Source: Minisyncoccota bacterium
Lineage (GTDB): Bacteria; Patescibacteriota; Microgenomatia; UBA1400; PJMF01
Reading direction: 5' to 3'
NCBI GenBank assembly: GCA_009991965.1
Contig: JAACWQ010000004.1
Span: forward strand, 42,074-106,073
DNA: 64,000 bases
Positions 39,904 through 50,752 of this stretch are shown here, piece after piece. Position numbers and translations under genes: made by a program. The notes beneath the pieces are model-generated. The model had not been told where the DNA came from. It searched no databases and saw only the letters and a list, made by a program, of their open reading frames with translations. Within the stretch, counting starts at the first letter, position 1, and each line of letters begins with the position of its first letter.

Positions 39904-40529
39904 AAAATATTGATCCCAAATCAGGCCTCAAACAGATCGTTACTGGAAAACTTTATCTCCCTAGAAGAGCCATACTTGAACTAATCAGAAGTAGAAGGAT
40001 CACTCCTACTCAGCTAGGTTATTTCGTTATTGCACTAATATCAGCTGATTGGAATCAGGGTGAGTATAGATATGGTCTTATAAGGCATGATATTCGCAGG
40101 TTGGCAGCTATCTGGAATGTTCCATATTCAACTCTCTCAGATAATTTTAAAAAGTTGCAAATAAGTGGGCAATTAACAACGAAGAACAAGTTACTATCGA
40201 TCGTTGACTTCAACGATTTTCAAACATTCAGAGGTCAGTACGCTAACAAAAATTGCATCAGCGACGAAGTTCGGGATCAGATATTTGGAAAATCGTTTTT
40301 ACAATCCGAAATATCAGATTCTAACTCGATCACAGAACCTAAATCTCTTAAGATTCCCTTTAAGGTTGAATTTAATAAGACCCCACCTGGTCCATTACCA
40401 AGTCGCTTAGAAAGAACAATTGAGGACTATCAGCGCATCTATGCTGAAGGTCCATACACAACATTTGGCACTGATGAGATGATGTATCTTGACCAACACA
40501 TGGATGCTGAGGGGAAATACATCCCATGA
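39900..40529 (+). CDS. Possible replication protein (wHTH-like N-terminus)
   Basis: IRRLAAIWNVPYSTLSDNFKKL..G HTH-like segment; position in element; function inferred. Confidence 0.45.
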   Translation: MKNIDPKSGLKQIVTGKLYLPRRAILELIRSRRITPTQLGYFVIALISADWNQGEYRYGLIRHDIRRLAAIWNVPYSTLSDNFKKLQISGQLTTKNKLLSIVDFNDFQTFRGQYANKNCISDEVRDQIFGKSFLQSEISDSNSITEPKSLKIPFKVEFNKTPPGPLPSRLERTIEDYQRIYAEGPYTTFGTDEMMYLDQHMDAEGKYIP

Positions 40530-40720
40530 TTCTCAGCCAAGAAGCGGTCTCAAGCTTTCAAATTCTGTATCAAAAGAAATGCGGGGAGGAAATTGAGTTT
40601 GAGCAAGCGCGGGTTATGGCTACAAAGGAATTAAGGCGATTTGCCCTGATATATAGACCGGTCCGAATCGAAAACAAAGATTTCTTTAGTAATCTCGTTA
40701 ACGAAAATGGTGAAGATTAG
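40526..40720 (+). CDS. Small helical protein preceding the recombinase
   Basis: MILSQEAV..FQILY..EI..EQA..IYRP; coupled to the upstream gene. Confidence 0.65.
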   Translation: MILSQEAVSSFQILYQKKCGEEIEFEQARVMATKELRRFALIYRPVRIENKDFFSNLVNENGED

Positions 40721-40733
40721 TATAAGATGAACT

Positions 40734-40815
40734 TGCACTCAGATTATCGATTGGGCTTTTTGATACCCTCGTCGGACAGAGCCTAATCGTTCTGAGTGCA
40801 CCGGCGGGGGTATTA
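40734..40815 (+). promoter_or_regulatory. Structured recombinase leader with alternative pairings
   Basis: 40761-75 pairs with 40801-15 (over the RBS); 40734-57 pairs with 40780-800. Confidence 0.65.
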
Positions 40816-40817
40816 AA

Positions 40818-42545
40818 ATGCAAACCAATATCAAACTTCAAAACCTTAAATGGATCATTTACTGTAGAAAAAGTACCGACACCGAAGATAAACAGATAGA
40901 ATCGTTGCCTGCCCAAAAGAAAGAATTGCTTGATCTTGCTAAACGTAGCGGATTTAATCAGATAGTAAAGATATACACCGAATCGCACTCGGCATTTCAC
41001 CCAGGTAGACCAGAGTTTAATGACATGATTGATCGTCTTTATAAGGGCGAGGCAAACGCAGTGATGGTATGGGCAGGTAATAGAATTGCTCGAAACTCCA
41101 AAGATGCTGGTAGCTTTATTTATGCGATGGATCAGGGGAAAATACTGGCCGTGAGAACTATCGGTGGCACTTACTTTAACACCCCAGACAACAAATTCGC
41201 ACTCAGCATAGACTTCACAGTTTCCAAAAAATCGTCTGATGATCTGAGCGAAGCGGTGCTCAGAGGAAATAGGGTTAAGTTTTTTGAAAACAAGGAATGG
41301 ATTGGACCAGCCAAGCAAGGCTTTATAAATTTTACCGAGCCATATACAAAAAAACGTGACGTTCAGGTCGACCAAGATAGATTCAATCTACTGCAGCTAG
41401 CAGGAGGAAAAATAGTGAGTGGCGAACTAACACCATTAGAATCACTAAATTGGCTGAATCATGATATGGGATATCGAACTCTTCCTCAGAGGAAACAAGG
41501 TGGTGGTCCACTATCAGAAACAACTTTCTATAATGTATTGTCCGATCCCTTTTACTATGGTGTCATGAGCAGAAATGTTCAAGGTGAGGTCCAAGAAGCA
41601 GAACATAAATACTCCAAGATGTTTAGCAAAACAGAGTGGGACATTATCCAGGTCAGACTTGGTAAAAAAAGCCGGTCAAAACAAAAGAAGCATGACTTCC
41701 CTTACAAGGGGGTCATGAGCTGTGGGGAGTGCGGAGGATTTGTGACGGCCGAAGAAAAATGGCAGATCATCTGTCCTGCTTGTAAAACAAAGTTTGCCAA
41801 GACCAAAAAACGCACAAGCTGCATCTCTTGCGGTTTGGAAATTGATCAAATGAAAAATCCCACTATCTTGAACTACGTTTATTATCACTGCACTAAAAAA
41901 GTTAACAAAAACTGTGCCCAGGGTTATCTTGAAATGAGCGAACTAGAACGGCAGATTGATTCGGAACTCCAGCGATTCGAGATTGACCCAGACTTCAAGG
42001 ACTGGGCAATCAACCACTTGAGTGAGCTGAATGAACACGAGTCGAAGCAAGATGAGCGAGCTACTGTACGCAATACTGGCAATTATGAGAACCTGAAAAC
42101 ACAACTTAGGCGGATGACAAAACACCGGTTCTCTGACTCGTACGAGGAATCAAGCCAAGAAGAGAAAGAGGTTTTCGAAGATGAACTAAATAAGCTCAAG
42201 GCACAAATAGAAACAACAAAAGATAGCATTAAAAATACTGATGAGAAACAGTATGATTGGATTGAGCTATCAAGGAAAACGTTCGAGTTTGCTTGTTATT
42301 CCAGATACTGGTTCCGTCACGGGGACATTAAAACTAAGACACAAATCCTCCAGTTACTTGGTCAGAACCTAAAGCTGTATAACAAGAAAGTGTTGGTAGA
42401 CGAGGATAATCTTTGGTGGCTAATTGAAAAAGCAAAGAAAGAAGTTGAAATCTTAGGAGTCAGGGTCGAACCTACAAAAAAAGCGAGTCAATCAAGCTTT
42501 AATGCCCTCTTTGATCCCGCCATTCCCACATTGTTGCGGGACTAG
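40818..42545 (+). CDS. Large serine recombinase
   Basis: IYCRKST catalytic motif, GRPEF, RIARN, Zn-ribbon CGECG..YYHC, coiled coil. Confidence 0.95.
   Translation: MQTNIKLQNLKWIIYCRKSTDTEDKQIESLPAQKKELLDLAKRSGFNQIVKIYTESHSAFHPGRPEFNDMIDRLYKGEANAVMVWAGNRIARNSKDAGSFIYAMDQGKILAVRTIGGTYFNTPDNKFALSIDFTVSKKSSDDLSEAVLRGNRVKFFENKEWIGPAKQGFINFTEPYTKKRDVQVDQDRFNLLQLAGGKIVSGELTPLESLNWLNHDMGYRTLPQRKQGGGPLSETTFYNVLSDPFYYGVMSRNVQGEVQEAEHKYSKMFSKTEWDIIQVRLGKKSRSKQKKHDFPYKGVMSCGECGGFVTAEEKWQIICPACKTKFAKTKKRTSCISCGLEIDQMKNPTILNYVYYHCTKKVNKNCAQGYLEMSELERQIDSELQRFEIDPDFKDWAINHLSELNEHESKQDERATVRNTGNYENLKTQLRRMTKHRFSDSYEESSQEEKEVFEDELNKLKAQIETTKDSIKNTDEKQYDWIELSRKTFEFACYSRYWFRHGDIKTKTQILQLLGQNLKLYNKKVLVDEDNLWWLIEKAKKEVEILGVRVEPTKKASQSSFNALFDPAIPTLLRD
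42529..42536 (+). repeat. Right att core
   Basis: CATTGTTG overlapping the tRNA 3' end and the recombinase 3' end. Confidence 0.8.
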
Positions 42546-42602
42546 GGGTCGAACCTAGCCTGTGAGATTATGAGCCTCACGTGCACCGTACACTATCCCG
42601 CG
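42534..42602 (-). tRNA. tRNA-Met(CAT), initiator type, 69 nt
   Basis: CGCGGGA/TCCCGCA acceptor with C1:A72 mismatch, CTCATAA loop, GGTTCGACC T-loop. Confidence 0.88.
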
Positions 42603-42665
42603 GTCAAGATTATACAGCTTATCTGGTAAAGGTCAAAAGTTTGGTATACTATAGCCTGGTTTCGT

Positions 42666-42739
42666 GCCAGGGTAGCTCAGTTGGTTAGAGCATGGGATTC
42701 ATAAACCCAAGGTCGAGAGTTCGAATCTCTCCCCTGGTA
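42666..42739 (+). tRNA. tRNA with CAT anticodon (elongator Met or Ile2)
   Basis: GCCAGGG/CCCTGGT acceptor, canonical D and T arms, TTCATAA loop. Confidence 0.92.
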
Positions 42740-42745
42740 CACTGT

Positions 42746-43360
42746 ATGCAAAAAATTCCTCATCTATTTTCAAATGCCGATGGTGTCGCAGCAAGCTTCA
42801 GTCGCGACGAGTCACTTGCCAATGCGCAAGCCTTTGCCGATACCAATAAGCTCGCACTTGTGAGAATGCTACAACGACACACAGCGAAGTATATGATCGT
42901 CACGGAGCGCAAGCCGCAGGTTATCGATGCCGTCGATGCGCTCATCACCAAACAACGTGGCGTGCTCCTTGCTGTCAAAGTCGCAGACTGCCTCCCCATT
43001 CTCTTTTCTCACCCCTCGGGAATCGTCGGTGCCATCCATGCGGGACGCGCTGGAACGACCAAAAAGATTACACAGAAAACGCTGCAAGCGCTGACGACAG
43101 AATTTGGAATACGAGAAAATCTAACCGTTTGGTTTGGTCCGCGCATTTGCAAGGAGTGCTATCAGGTAAATAAACAGACTGACGAACACTACGATTTAGT
43201 GACTGAAAATTCCAAACAAGTTCAAGCAGTTTTCTCTGACTCACAAGCAAAAATCATCATTTCTGAACACTGTACTGCGCACCACAATAGCGAGTGGTAC
43301 TCCTACCGAACAGAAGGCAAAGGGGTGGCAATGAATTGGTTTGTGGTGGGACTATTGTAA
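42746..43360 (+). CDS. YfiH/PgeF family (laccase-domain) protein
   Basis: QRH, DALIT, VADCLPI, HAG, SYR. Confidence 0.88.
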   Translation: MQKIPHLFSNADGVAASFSRDESLANAQAFADTNKLALVRMLQRHTAKYMIVTERKPQVIDAVDALITKQRGVLLAVKVADCLPILFSHPSGIVGAIHAGRAGTTKKITQKTLQALTTEFGIRENLTVWFGPRICKECYQVNKQTDEHYDLVTENSKQVQAVFSDSQAKIIISEHCTAHHNSEWYSYRTEGKGVAMNWFVVGLL

Positions 43361-43411
43361 GGCTTGTTTGATATACTTTGACAGATTATGTGCTAAAATT
43401 GAAAACACAAA

Positions 43412-44398
43412 ATGCCAAATAACTCACCAGATATATCGCACGATAAAACAACTGTTACTATAAATTTGTCTAACTCGCAATTGGAAAATTTGTCTTTTTC
43501 TATCCAAGGAGATCCGGGTATTGAATTATTAGAGCAACTTTCAGATGATCCAGATTTTGAACTGCTGTCTGCTACTTTTGTTTTTGCTCTGATAGACAAA
43601 GCTCGTGAGGAGAAAAAAACGGATATCGCCGACAAAGAACCTGTGCCAAAAAAAAGTGAAATAAGCTCAATATCCCAACAACTTCCACTTGAACAACTAA
43701 GAACTATGCTTAGAGAAGTTGAGAACTGGAAAGATGATGCAATCAAGCTGACTGGCAGTAGGCTTCAGAATAATAATGGAATTTTTACTGATGCCACTCA
43801 TACTTTTCTTCAACCTGAATTTGTGCAATCGATTATTGCTTACAGCTCACCAAACGAGTGGAATCTTGCCCAGAAAAAAGGTGTTATTGATCAAAAGTTT
43901 TCTATCAGGGGATTGGGAGGAACAACTTATCCAATCATACGAAGATGCATCGTTTCCTGGGCAATAAGTAGTGGTCAACTCGATGAGAATGATGCACCCA
44001 AAATAAGAGCTAAACCAAAAGAAGAGACAGCCGTTGAAAATCCTTTCTTCACAATTCCTGAAGAACAACTGCACACAGATTTCGAAACACTGATTACACA
44101 AAACCCCGATTTACTGGAACGCAAGATTGACCGAGACGAGATAACAAGAATTCTTGCACAAAGCAATATAGTGAACTCGACTCGTTACAAAAATACATTT
44201 ATTAGAAATCATTTTTTTGAAAATAAAAAAAATAGTAGATTCATAGTAAACCTACTTGCCACAACAAATACTACTATCGATTTTAAAACTAGAATAGCGT
44301 CAGAAAAACCGGATGATATAGAGATTACTTATCGCCTAATAGGTCCAGAAGGCTACCTAGTGTTAAAACGAGCTATTTTCCAAATTCTTTCAAACTAA
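43412..44398 (+). CDS. Hypothetical protein
   Basis: 328-aa ORF, no recognised motif. Confidence 0.65.
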   Translation: MPNNSPDISHDKTTVTINLSNSQLENLSFSIQGDPGIELLEQLSDDPDFELLSATFVFALIDKAREEKKTDIADKEPVPKKSEISSISQQLPLEQLRTMLREVENWKDDAIKLTGSRLQNNNGIFTDATHTFLQPEFVQSIIAYSSPNEWNLAQKKGVIDQKFSIRGLGGTTYPIIRRCIVSWAISSGQLDENDAPKIRAKPKEETAVENPFFTIPEEQLHTDFETLITQNPDLLERKIDRDEITRILAQSNIVNSTRYKNTFIRNHFFENKKNSRFIVNLLATTNTTIDFKTRIASEKPDDIEITYRLIGPEGYLVLKRAIFQILSN

Positions 44399-44425
44399 GC
44401 CTGTCAAGAAGTTCAGTAAACAACC

Positions 44426-44454
44426 AAAGACCCCCACCAACGGCGGGGGTCTTT
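44426..44454. terminator. Terminator hairpin between convergent genes (after groL)
   Basis: AAAGACCCCC-N9-GGGGGTCTTT. Confidence 0.8.
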
Positions 44455-44478
44455 AAACCTTTTCAGTTTTTATGTGAA

Positions 44479-46119
<1,641 letters not shown>

Positions 46120-46123
46120 CTAT

Positions 46124-46432
46124 TTATTTAGTTACTACGGCTAAAATGTCCTCAAACTTGAGGAATTGGTACTCTATGTCACCAATTTGAAATTCGTTGC
46201 CACCCCATTTTTTGTAGATGACTGCGTCTTTCACTTTGACTGGACAAGAAACTTCGACTCCATCGACCATGGCCGGTGCACCGACAGCAAGCACAGTGCC
46301 GTGTTGTGGTTTTTCTTCGTGCGAATCGGGCAAATAAATGCCAGATGCGGTTTTTTTATCGACCTTGGCTGGCTCGACCAAAACGTAGCCAGGATTTGGT
46401 TTGATAGAAGAAACAGAAATTGTCTGTGTCAT
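46124..46432 (-). CDS. groS: Co-chaperonin GroES
   Basis: TASGIYLPD..EDILAV; upstream of groL. Confidence 0.96.
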   Translation of the reverse strand: MTQTISVSSIKPNPGYVLVEPAKVDKKTASGIYLPDSHEEKPQHGTVLAVGAPAMVDGVEVSCPVKVKDAVIYKKWGGNEFQIGDIEYQFLKFEDILAVVTK

Positions 46433-46466
46433 ATAGAACTCCTTTGTGATACTTTTTGAGTGCCTG

Positions 46467-46493
46467 TAAGCAGTTATAGTAATCGACTGCTAA
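46467..46493. promoter_or_regulatory. CIRCE-like HrcA operator before groES
   Basis: TAAGCAGTT-N9-GACTGCTAA. Confidence 0.75.
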
Positions 46494-46518
46494 TTTTTCG
46501 TCAACGGGGAGGTTACAG

Positions 46519-47130
46519 TTATAAGGATGCGTCGGGTGCTGCCACCACGAGTACTTCTTCTTTGCCACCAGATTGAACCCGAGTAACTCTGGAGAGCAAG
46601 AAGCCCTCGCAATTGAGTCCTCGATCTGCGAAGTAATTATTCAGCTCTTTTTGCACCAAGCCCTCTACTTCGCTGCGATTTCGCAGAATTTGGTCGGTCG
46701 TCAATTGTGAAAAAATATTTGCAATACGACTGCGAGAAATTGGTCGAACTACTTTTGACACCATATTTTCACCGATATTTTCCCAGAGTTCTGGTGCATT
46801 CACTCGATCAACACGAAAAAGAATGGAGCCTTCTACCGTAATATCTTGGCCGTCTTGGGTTGAAACAGATATGACATCGTCGCCCAACGCTTCATTATTC
46901 TTGCTGAGATCAAATCCTTGACGAATTGAATACTCTAAAACCTGCGCATTGAACATCTTTGCTACCTGCCAAAATGGAATTTTGAAGTGAAGGCCTGGTC
47001 CCCACACTCGAGGTAATACGCCACGACCACGATCATACACACAAGCTACGTGACCAGGAGGTACAGAGATAAAAAAACCGCCGACAACTTCATCGACCAA
47101 AAAAGAAACAACGAGACGATCAAATTCCAT
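46519..47130 (-). CDS. SPFH/prohibitin domain protein
   Basis: GPGLHFKIPF, TQDGQ. Confidence 0.85.
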   Translation of the reverse strand: MEFDRLVVSFLVDEVVGGFFISVPPGHVACVYDRGRGVLPRVWGPGLHFKIPFWQVAKMFNAQVLEYSIRQGFDLSKNNEALGDDVISVSTQDGQDITVEGSILFRVDRVNAPELWENIGENMVSKVVRPISRSRIANIFSQLTTDQILRNRSEVEGLVQKELNNYFADRGLNCEGFLLSRVTRVQSGGKEEVLVVAAPDASL

Positions 47131-47150
47131 AGATGGCCCTTATTGTACTT

Positions 47151-47942
47151 CTACCCAACTGTCTGCACAACAGGGGTGTCACTCGCATCCATCTGTTCTT
47201 CTGCATCTTTCTTGAGGCGATGTTCTTCCATCTTTAGGCGGAACACCATGATCAACTTGAGGATGATGCTAAATATGAGCGCAGTAATGACGAAAACTTT
47301 CTTTCCTGCCGGCAACCCCATGAAAATTAGAAACGACACAACAGGTAAAACAAGTTGATAACGGACTACCTCGTCTTTGCTCACTTTGTAAATTGAAGTG
47401 TACATACTCAAGACCTCAAAGAGAAAAATCAGGGCAGATTGGATAAGATTGAGCCTAAAACTAGTGTGAGTCAGATCGATCGCACCCAAAAACATCAGGT
47501 TAAAAGGTAGTTCAACCTTTGGCATAAATGAATAAATCAGATGAATATCTTCGCCCGGCAACCCTGTTTTGAAAATTCTCCAGAGCATAAGAGCTATCGC
47601 GACTTGCACAACGAGGGAAACGATTTCGCCAAACAACACACCTCTACTCGAATTGAGTACTTTTCTACTCAATTTCTTCCGCAAAACTGGCTCGCCAGCG
47701 TGCTTTTCTTCGATGGCCTTGATCTTGGCCGCAATCGCTCTGCGATCTTTTTCACTTTTATAACCAGACAAAGAAAGCGGCAGTATCAAAAAGCGAATAA
47801 GAATTGTCAATAAAATAACCGCAATTCCCATATCTGGATGACCGCCCGTCACCAAACCGATGAGCCAATAAAAAAAGACCAAAACGTTGAGAAATGGCTG
47901 ATAAATAACAGTCGTATACAGGACAGCTATAGAGGAAAACAT
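47151..47942 (-). CDS. yidC: YidC/Oxa1 family membrane insertase
   Basis: GIAVILLTILIRFLILPL, FLGAIDL. Confidence 0.8.
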   Translation of the reverse strand: MFSSIAVLYTTVIYQPFLNVLVFFYWLIGLVTGGHPDMGIAVILLTILIRFLILPLSLSGYKSEKDRRAIAAKIKAIEEKHAGEPVLRKKLSRKVLNSSRGVLFGEIVSLVVQVAIALMLWRIFKTGLPGEDIHLIYSFMPKVELPFNLMFLGAIDLTHTSFRLNLIQSALIFLFEVLSMYTSIYKVSKDEVVRYQLVLPVVSFLIFMGLPAGKKVFVITALIFSIILKLIMVFRLKMEEHRLKKDAEEQMDASDTPVVQTVG

Positions 47943-47951
47943 ACAGTAACT

Positions 47952-48260
47952 CTAACTTCGCAAGTGTTTCTTGTCTGCTGCAACTATATGTTGCACCGCA
48001 ACCAAAGTATCTCGTAAAGAAATAATCAGATCTTGGGAAAGCTCCATGGTCGAAGAATCAAACGAGACGTCACGCAAGACAGAGTTCGAGTCATCTATAA
48101 AGTGTTCAAATGCTTGGTGCACCATATCGCCGTACTGCTCTGCCCAAACTGCACGTTCTTTGGTCGGTAAATTACCGATTTGCTCGAGGACTGCTGCCGC
48201 CTGCTTGATTTCTCGCAGTTTAATATAGAGGTCAAATTGGACGTTGCTGGGACTTCTCAT
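47952..48260 (-). CDS. Hypothetical protein
   Basis: 102-aa ORF upstream of yidC. Confidence 0.6.
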   Translation of the reverse strand: MRSPSNVQFDLYIKLREIKQAAAVLEQIGNLPTKERAVWAEQYGDMVHQAFEHFIDDSNSVLRDVSFDSSTMELSQDLIISLRDTLVAVQHIVAADKKHLRS

Positions 48261-48296
48261 AATTCAATTATAGCAAAGTTTATAATAGTCCCTCTG

Positions 48297-49382
48297 ATGC
48301 AGATTTTACAGCTAAAAAAAGACAACCAGAAAACCGTGTTGGCAGCCGCAAAAAAAGTGCTTGCTGCTGGCGGTCTAGTGATTTTCCCGACAGAAACAAC
48401 ATATGGGGCTGGAGTGTTGGCGACCAGTCAGTCAGCTGTTACAAAACTTTTAACCTACAAATCCCGCCGAGAAGGCAAACCACTCTCGATCGCAGTGGCA
48501 GATCAAGCGATGGCAGAGCAATATGTTTCTCTCAACGAACAAGCCAAGACGCTCTACAGCCAATTACTCCCTGGCCCTGTCACCGTCGTATCTCTAGCCA
48601 AGCAAGGAAAACTAGCGCCTGGCGTGACTTCAGAGTTTGGCACCCTTGGCGTACGCATTCCAGATTATTCGTTTGTACTGGAGTTGGTGCACGATCTTGG
48701 CATACCAATCACCGCCACTTCTGCCAATGGTTCTGGCAAACCGAGACCATACTCGATCGAGTTGCTGCTCAAGAACTTGTCTGCAAAGCAGCAGTCACTA
48801 ATTGACCTAGTGATCGACGCAGGAACTTTGCCAAATAATCCGCCCTCAACCGTGATTGACACCACACTCTCGACACCAGTAACGCTGCGGCAGGGGGCGA
48901 TTGCCATAACAGCAGGTGGAACAGCAACGCTGCTCGAGTCAGGATCTGCTGAAGAAACAAAACGAATTGCTGGTCAGCTGAGCCTACAACACTGGGATAC
49001 AGTTGGAAAAAATGGCCTGGTGTTTGCCCTCGACGGACCACTGGGTGCCGGTAAAACTGTTTTTGCACAGGGGGTGGCGCAGTTTTTAGGAATTGCTGAA
49101 CGATTAACTTCGCCTACCTATAGTTACATCCAGGAATATGATTTTACCAGACACCAAACAAAGGGATTGCTCTATCACTGTGACCTCTGGAAAATTGATT
49201 CAGCCGAAGCCTGTGAGCGATTGGAATTAGAAAAGCTACTCGGCCCAAACAAGATTGTAGTTATAGAGTGGTTTGCGCAGGTAGAGAATTATATACAACC
49301 GCTGCTAGCAAAAAATAATTCCAAACTTGTTCGTATACGACTCGATGAAACACCAACTGGTCACACCCTCACCCTCTCATGA
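48297..49382 (+). CDS. tsaC: TsaC(Sua5/YrdC)-TsaE fusion
   Basis: FPTETTYG, TATSAN, PSTV, then GPLGAGKT, SPTY, HCDLW, IEW. Confidence 0.9.
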   Translation: MQILQLKKDNQKTVLAAAKKVLAAGGLVIFPTETTYGAGVLATSQSAVTKLLTYKSRREGKPLSIAVADQAMAEQYVSLNEQAKTLYSQLLPGPVTVVSLAKQGKLAPGVTSEFGTLGVRIPDYSFVLELVHDLGIPITATSANGSGKPRPYSIELLLKNLSAKQQSLIDLVIDAGTLPNNPPSTVIDTTLSTPVTLRQGAIAITAGGTATLLESGSAEETKRIAGQLSLQHWDTVGKNGLVFALDGPLGAGKTVFAQGVAQFLGIAERLTSPTYSYIQEYDFTRHQTKGLLYHCDLWKIDSAEACERLELEKLLGPNKIVVIEWFAQVENYIQPLLAKNNSKLVRIRLDETPTGHTLTLS

Positions 49383-50455
49383 AAAACAACCTCATCCTCG
49401 CCATTGATACCTCGTGCGACGATACATCTGTTGCGGTCACCTCTGGACCATATGTGCTCGGTAATGTCATCGCCTCTCAGACAGAACTGCACCGCCAATA
49501 TGGTGGCGTCTTCCCAACTGTTGCTAAACAAGCCCATAAAGAAAATATCGCCCCAACTGTAACTTCTGCTCTGCGGCGCGCTGGCATAACCTGGGATGAG
49601 ATCACGGCGATAGCCGTCACCCAAGGACCTGGGTTGGCTCCTGCCCTCGAAGTCGGAATCAGAGCTGCCCAAACGTATGCGAGCGAACACAACCTACCAC
49701 TCATTCCAGTCAATCACCTAGAAGGCCATTTACTCTCTGTTCTCGCAAGACCGAAACCACGAGACGCAAACGTGCAAAAGTTGTCAAGCGATTTGCCCGT
49801 AGTAAAAAATGCGCTTGGCATTCTTGTGTCAGGTGGTAATACGCTGTTTGTGCAGGTAAAGCAGATCGGCAAGTACGAAGTCCTCGGCCAAACACTTGAT
49901 GATGCAGCTGGTGAGTGCTTGGATAAGATCGGGCGCATGCTCAATTTGGGCTATCCAGCTGGCCCCGTGATCGAACAATTTGCCAAATTGGGCAACCCGA
50001 AAGCAATTCCTTTTCCGCTGCCGCTCACCATGACCAAAACCTATGATCTTAGTTTCTCTGGGCTTAAAACATCAGCCCGAAACTTACTCGAAGATAATGG
50101 GGTACTGCAACCCCTCAAAAAACAGGAAGTATATGACTTCTGTGCGAGCATACAGTTTGCGGTATTTCGACATATTACATACAAATTGAACAAATTACTT
50201 GTGGATCAAAAGTTCTCTCAAATTTGGCTTGGTGGTGGCGTGGCTGCCAACGCAACGCTTCGGCGAATGATACGCGAAACGATACAAGCGAATAGTGACC
50301 GGGTGGCAAACCCGAAACTACTGACTCCCTATAGCAAAAAACTGTGTATGGATAACGCTGCGATGATTGGAGTTGCGGCGAGGACTAAACGAATACAAAA
50401 GGGTGGTGGCGAACAAATTGGACGACGACCGAGGTGGGGGTTGGAGGAAATCTAA
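49379..50455 (+). CDS. tsaD: tRNA threonylcarbamoyltransferase TsaD
   Basis: IDTSCDDT, HLEGH, DDAAGE, DNAAMI. Confidence 0.96.
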   Translation: MKNNLILAIDTSCDDTSVAVTSGPYVLGNVIASQTELHRQYGGVFPTVAKQAHKENIAPTVTSALRRAGITWDEITAIAVTQGPGLAPALEVGIRAAQTYASEHNLPLIPVNHLEGHLLSVLARPKPRDANVQKLSSDLPVVKNALGILVSGGNTLFVQVKQIGKYEVLGQTLDDAAGECLDKIGRMLNLGYPAGPVIEQFAKLGNPKAIPFPLPLTMTKTYDLSFSGLKTSARNLLEDNGVLQPLKKQEVYDFCASIQFAVFRHITYKLNKLLVDQKFSQIWLGGGVAANATLRRMIRETIQANSDRVANPKLLTPYSKKLCMDNAAMIGVAARTKRIQKGGGEQIGRRPRWGLEEI

Positions 50456-50456
50456 A

Positions 50457-50738
50457 CTAAGCTGCTTCGTACTCCGCCAGTAATTTCTCAACCACTTGCA
50501 TACGATAGCTATCAATGGTTTGACCTGCTTTTTCCTGAAACAATCTGGCAATTTCCGCCTGTTGAGTATTGATGACATCTTCGCCAACTGTATTTTTTAT
50601 GTGCTCAGCAACTTCCTCCACGATTTTTCGCAAAATCCGTCCCAAAATAAATCCAGTCTCTTGCTCTGGAACTCCACTTGCCAGCAAATGCTCTTTGAAT
50701 GTGTCTAGAACTTGTTGATAATCAGAATTTGTGTTCAT
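50457..50738 (-). CDS. Hypothetical protein
   Basis: 93-aa ORF. Confidence 0.6.
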   Translation of the reverse strand: MNTNSDYQQVLDTFKEHLLASGVPEQETGFILGRILRKIVEEVAEHIKNTVGEDVINTQQAEIARLFQEKAGQTIDSYRMQVVEKLLAEYEAA

Positions 50739-50752
50739 AGGATATCCTTATC

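Larger units (their letters stand above)
34676..42536. mobile_element. Integrated satellite-like element (~7.85 kb) with large serine recombinase at the tRNA-fMet 3' end
   Basis: CATTGTTG direct repeat at 34676-34683 and 42529-42536; recombinase, TerS-like, Xre and RT cargo; visibly more AT-rich than the housekeeping genes. Confidence 0.85.

Noticed and set aside
40698-41375. 225-aa antisense ORF, and similar shadow ORFs over groL, dnaK, ftsH and infB
   Set aside because: Antisense to well-supported genes, with no motifs
42692-42745. N-terminal extension of the YfiH-like ORF
   Set aside because: Overlaps the tRNA; the real start is likely 42746
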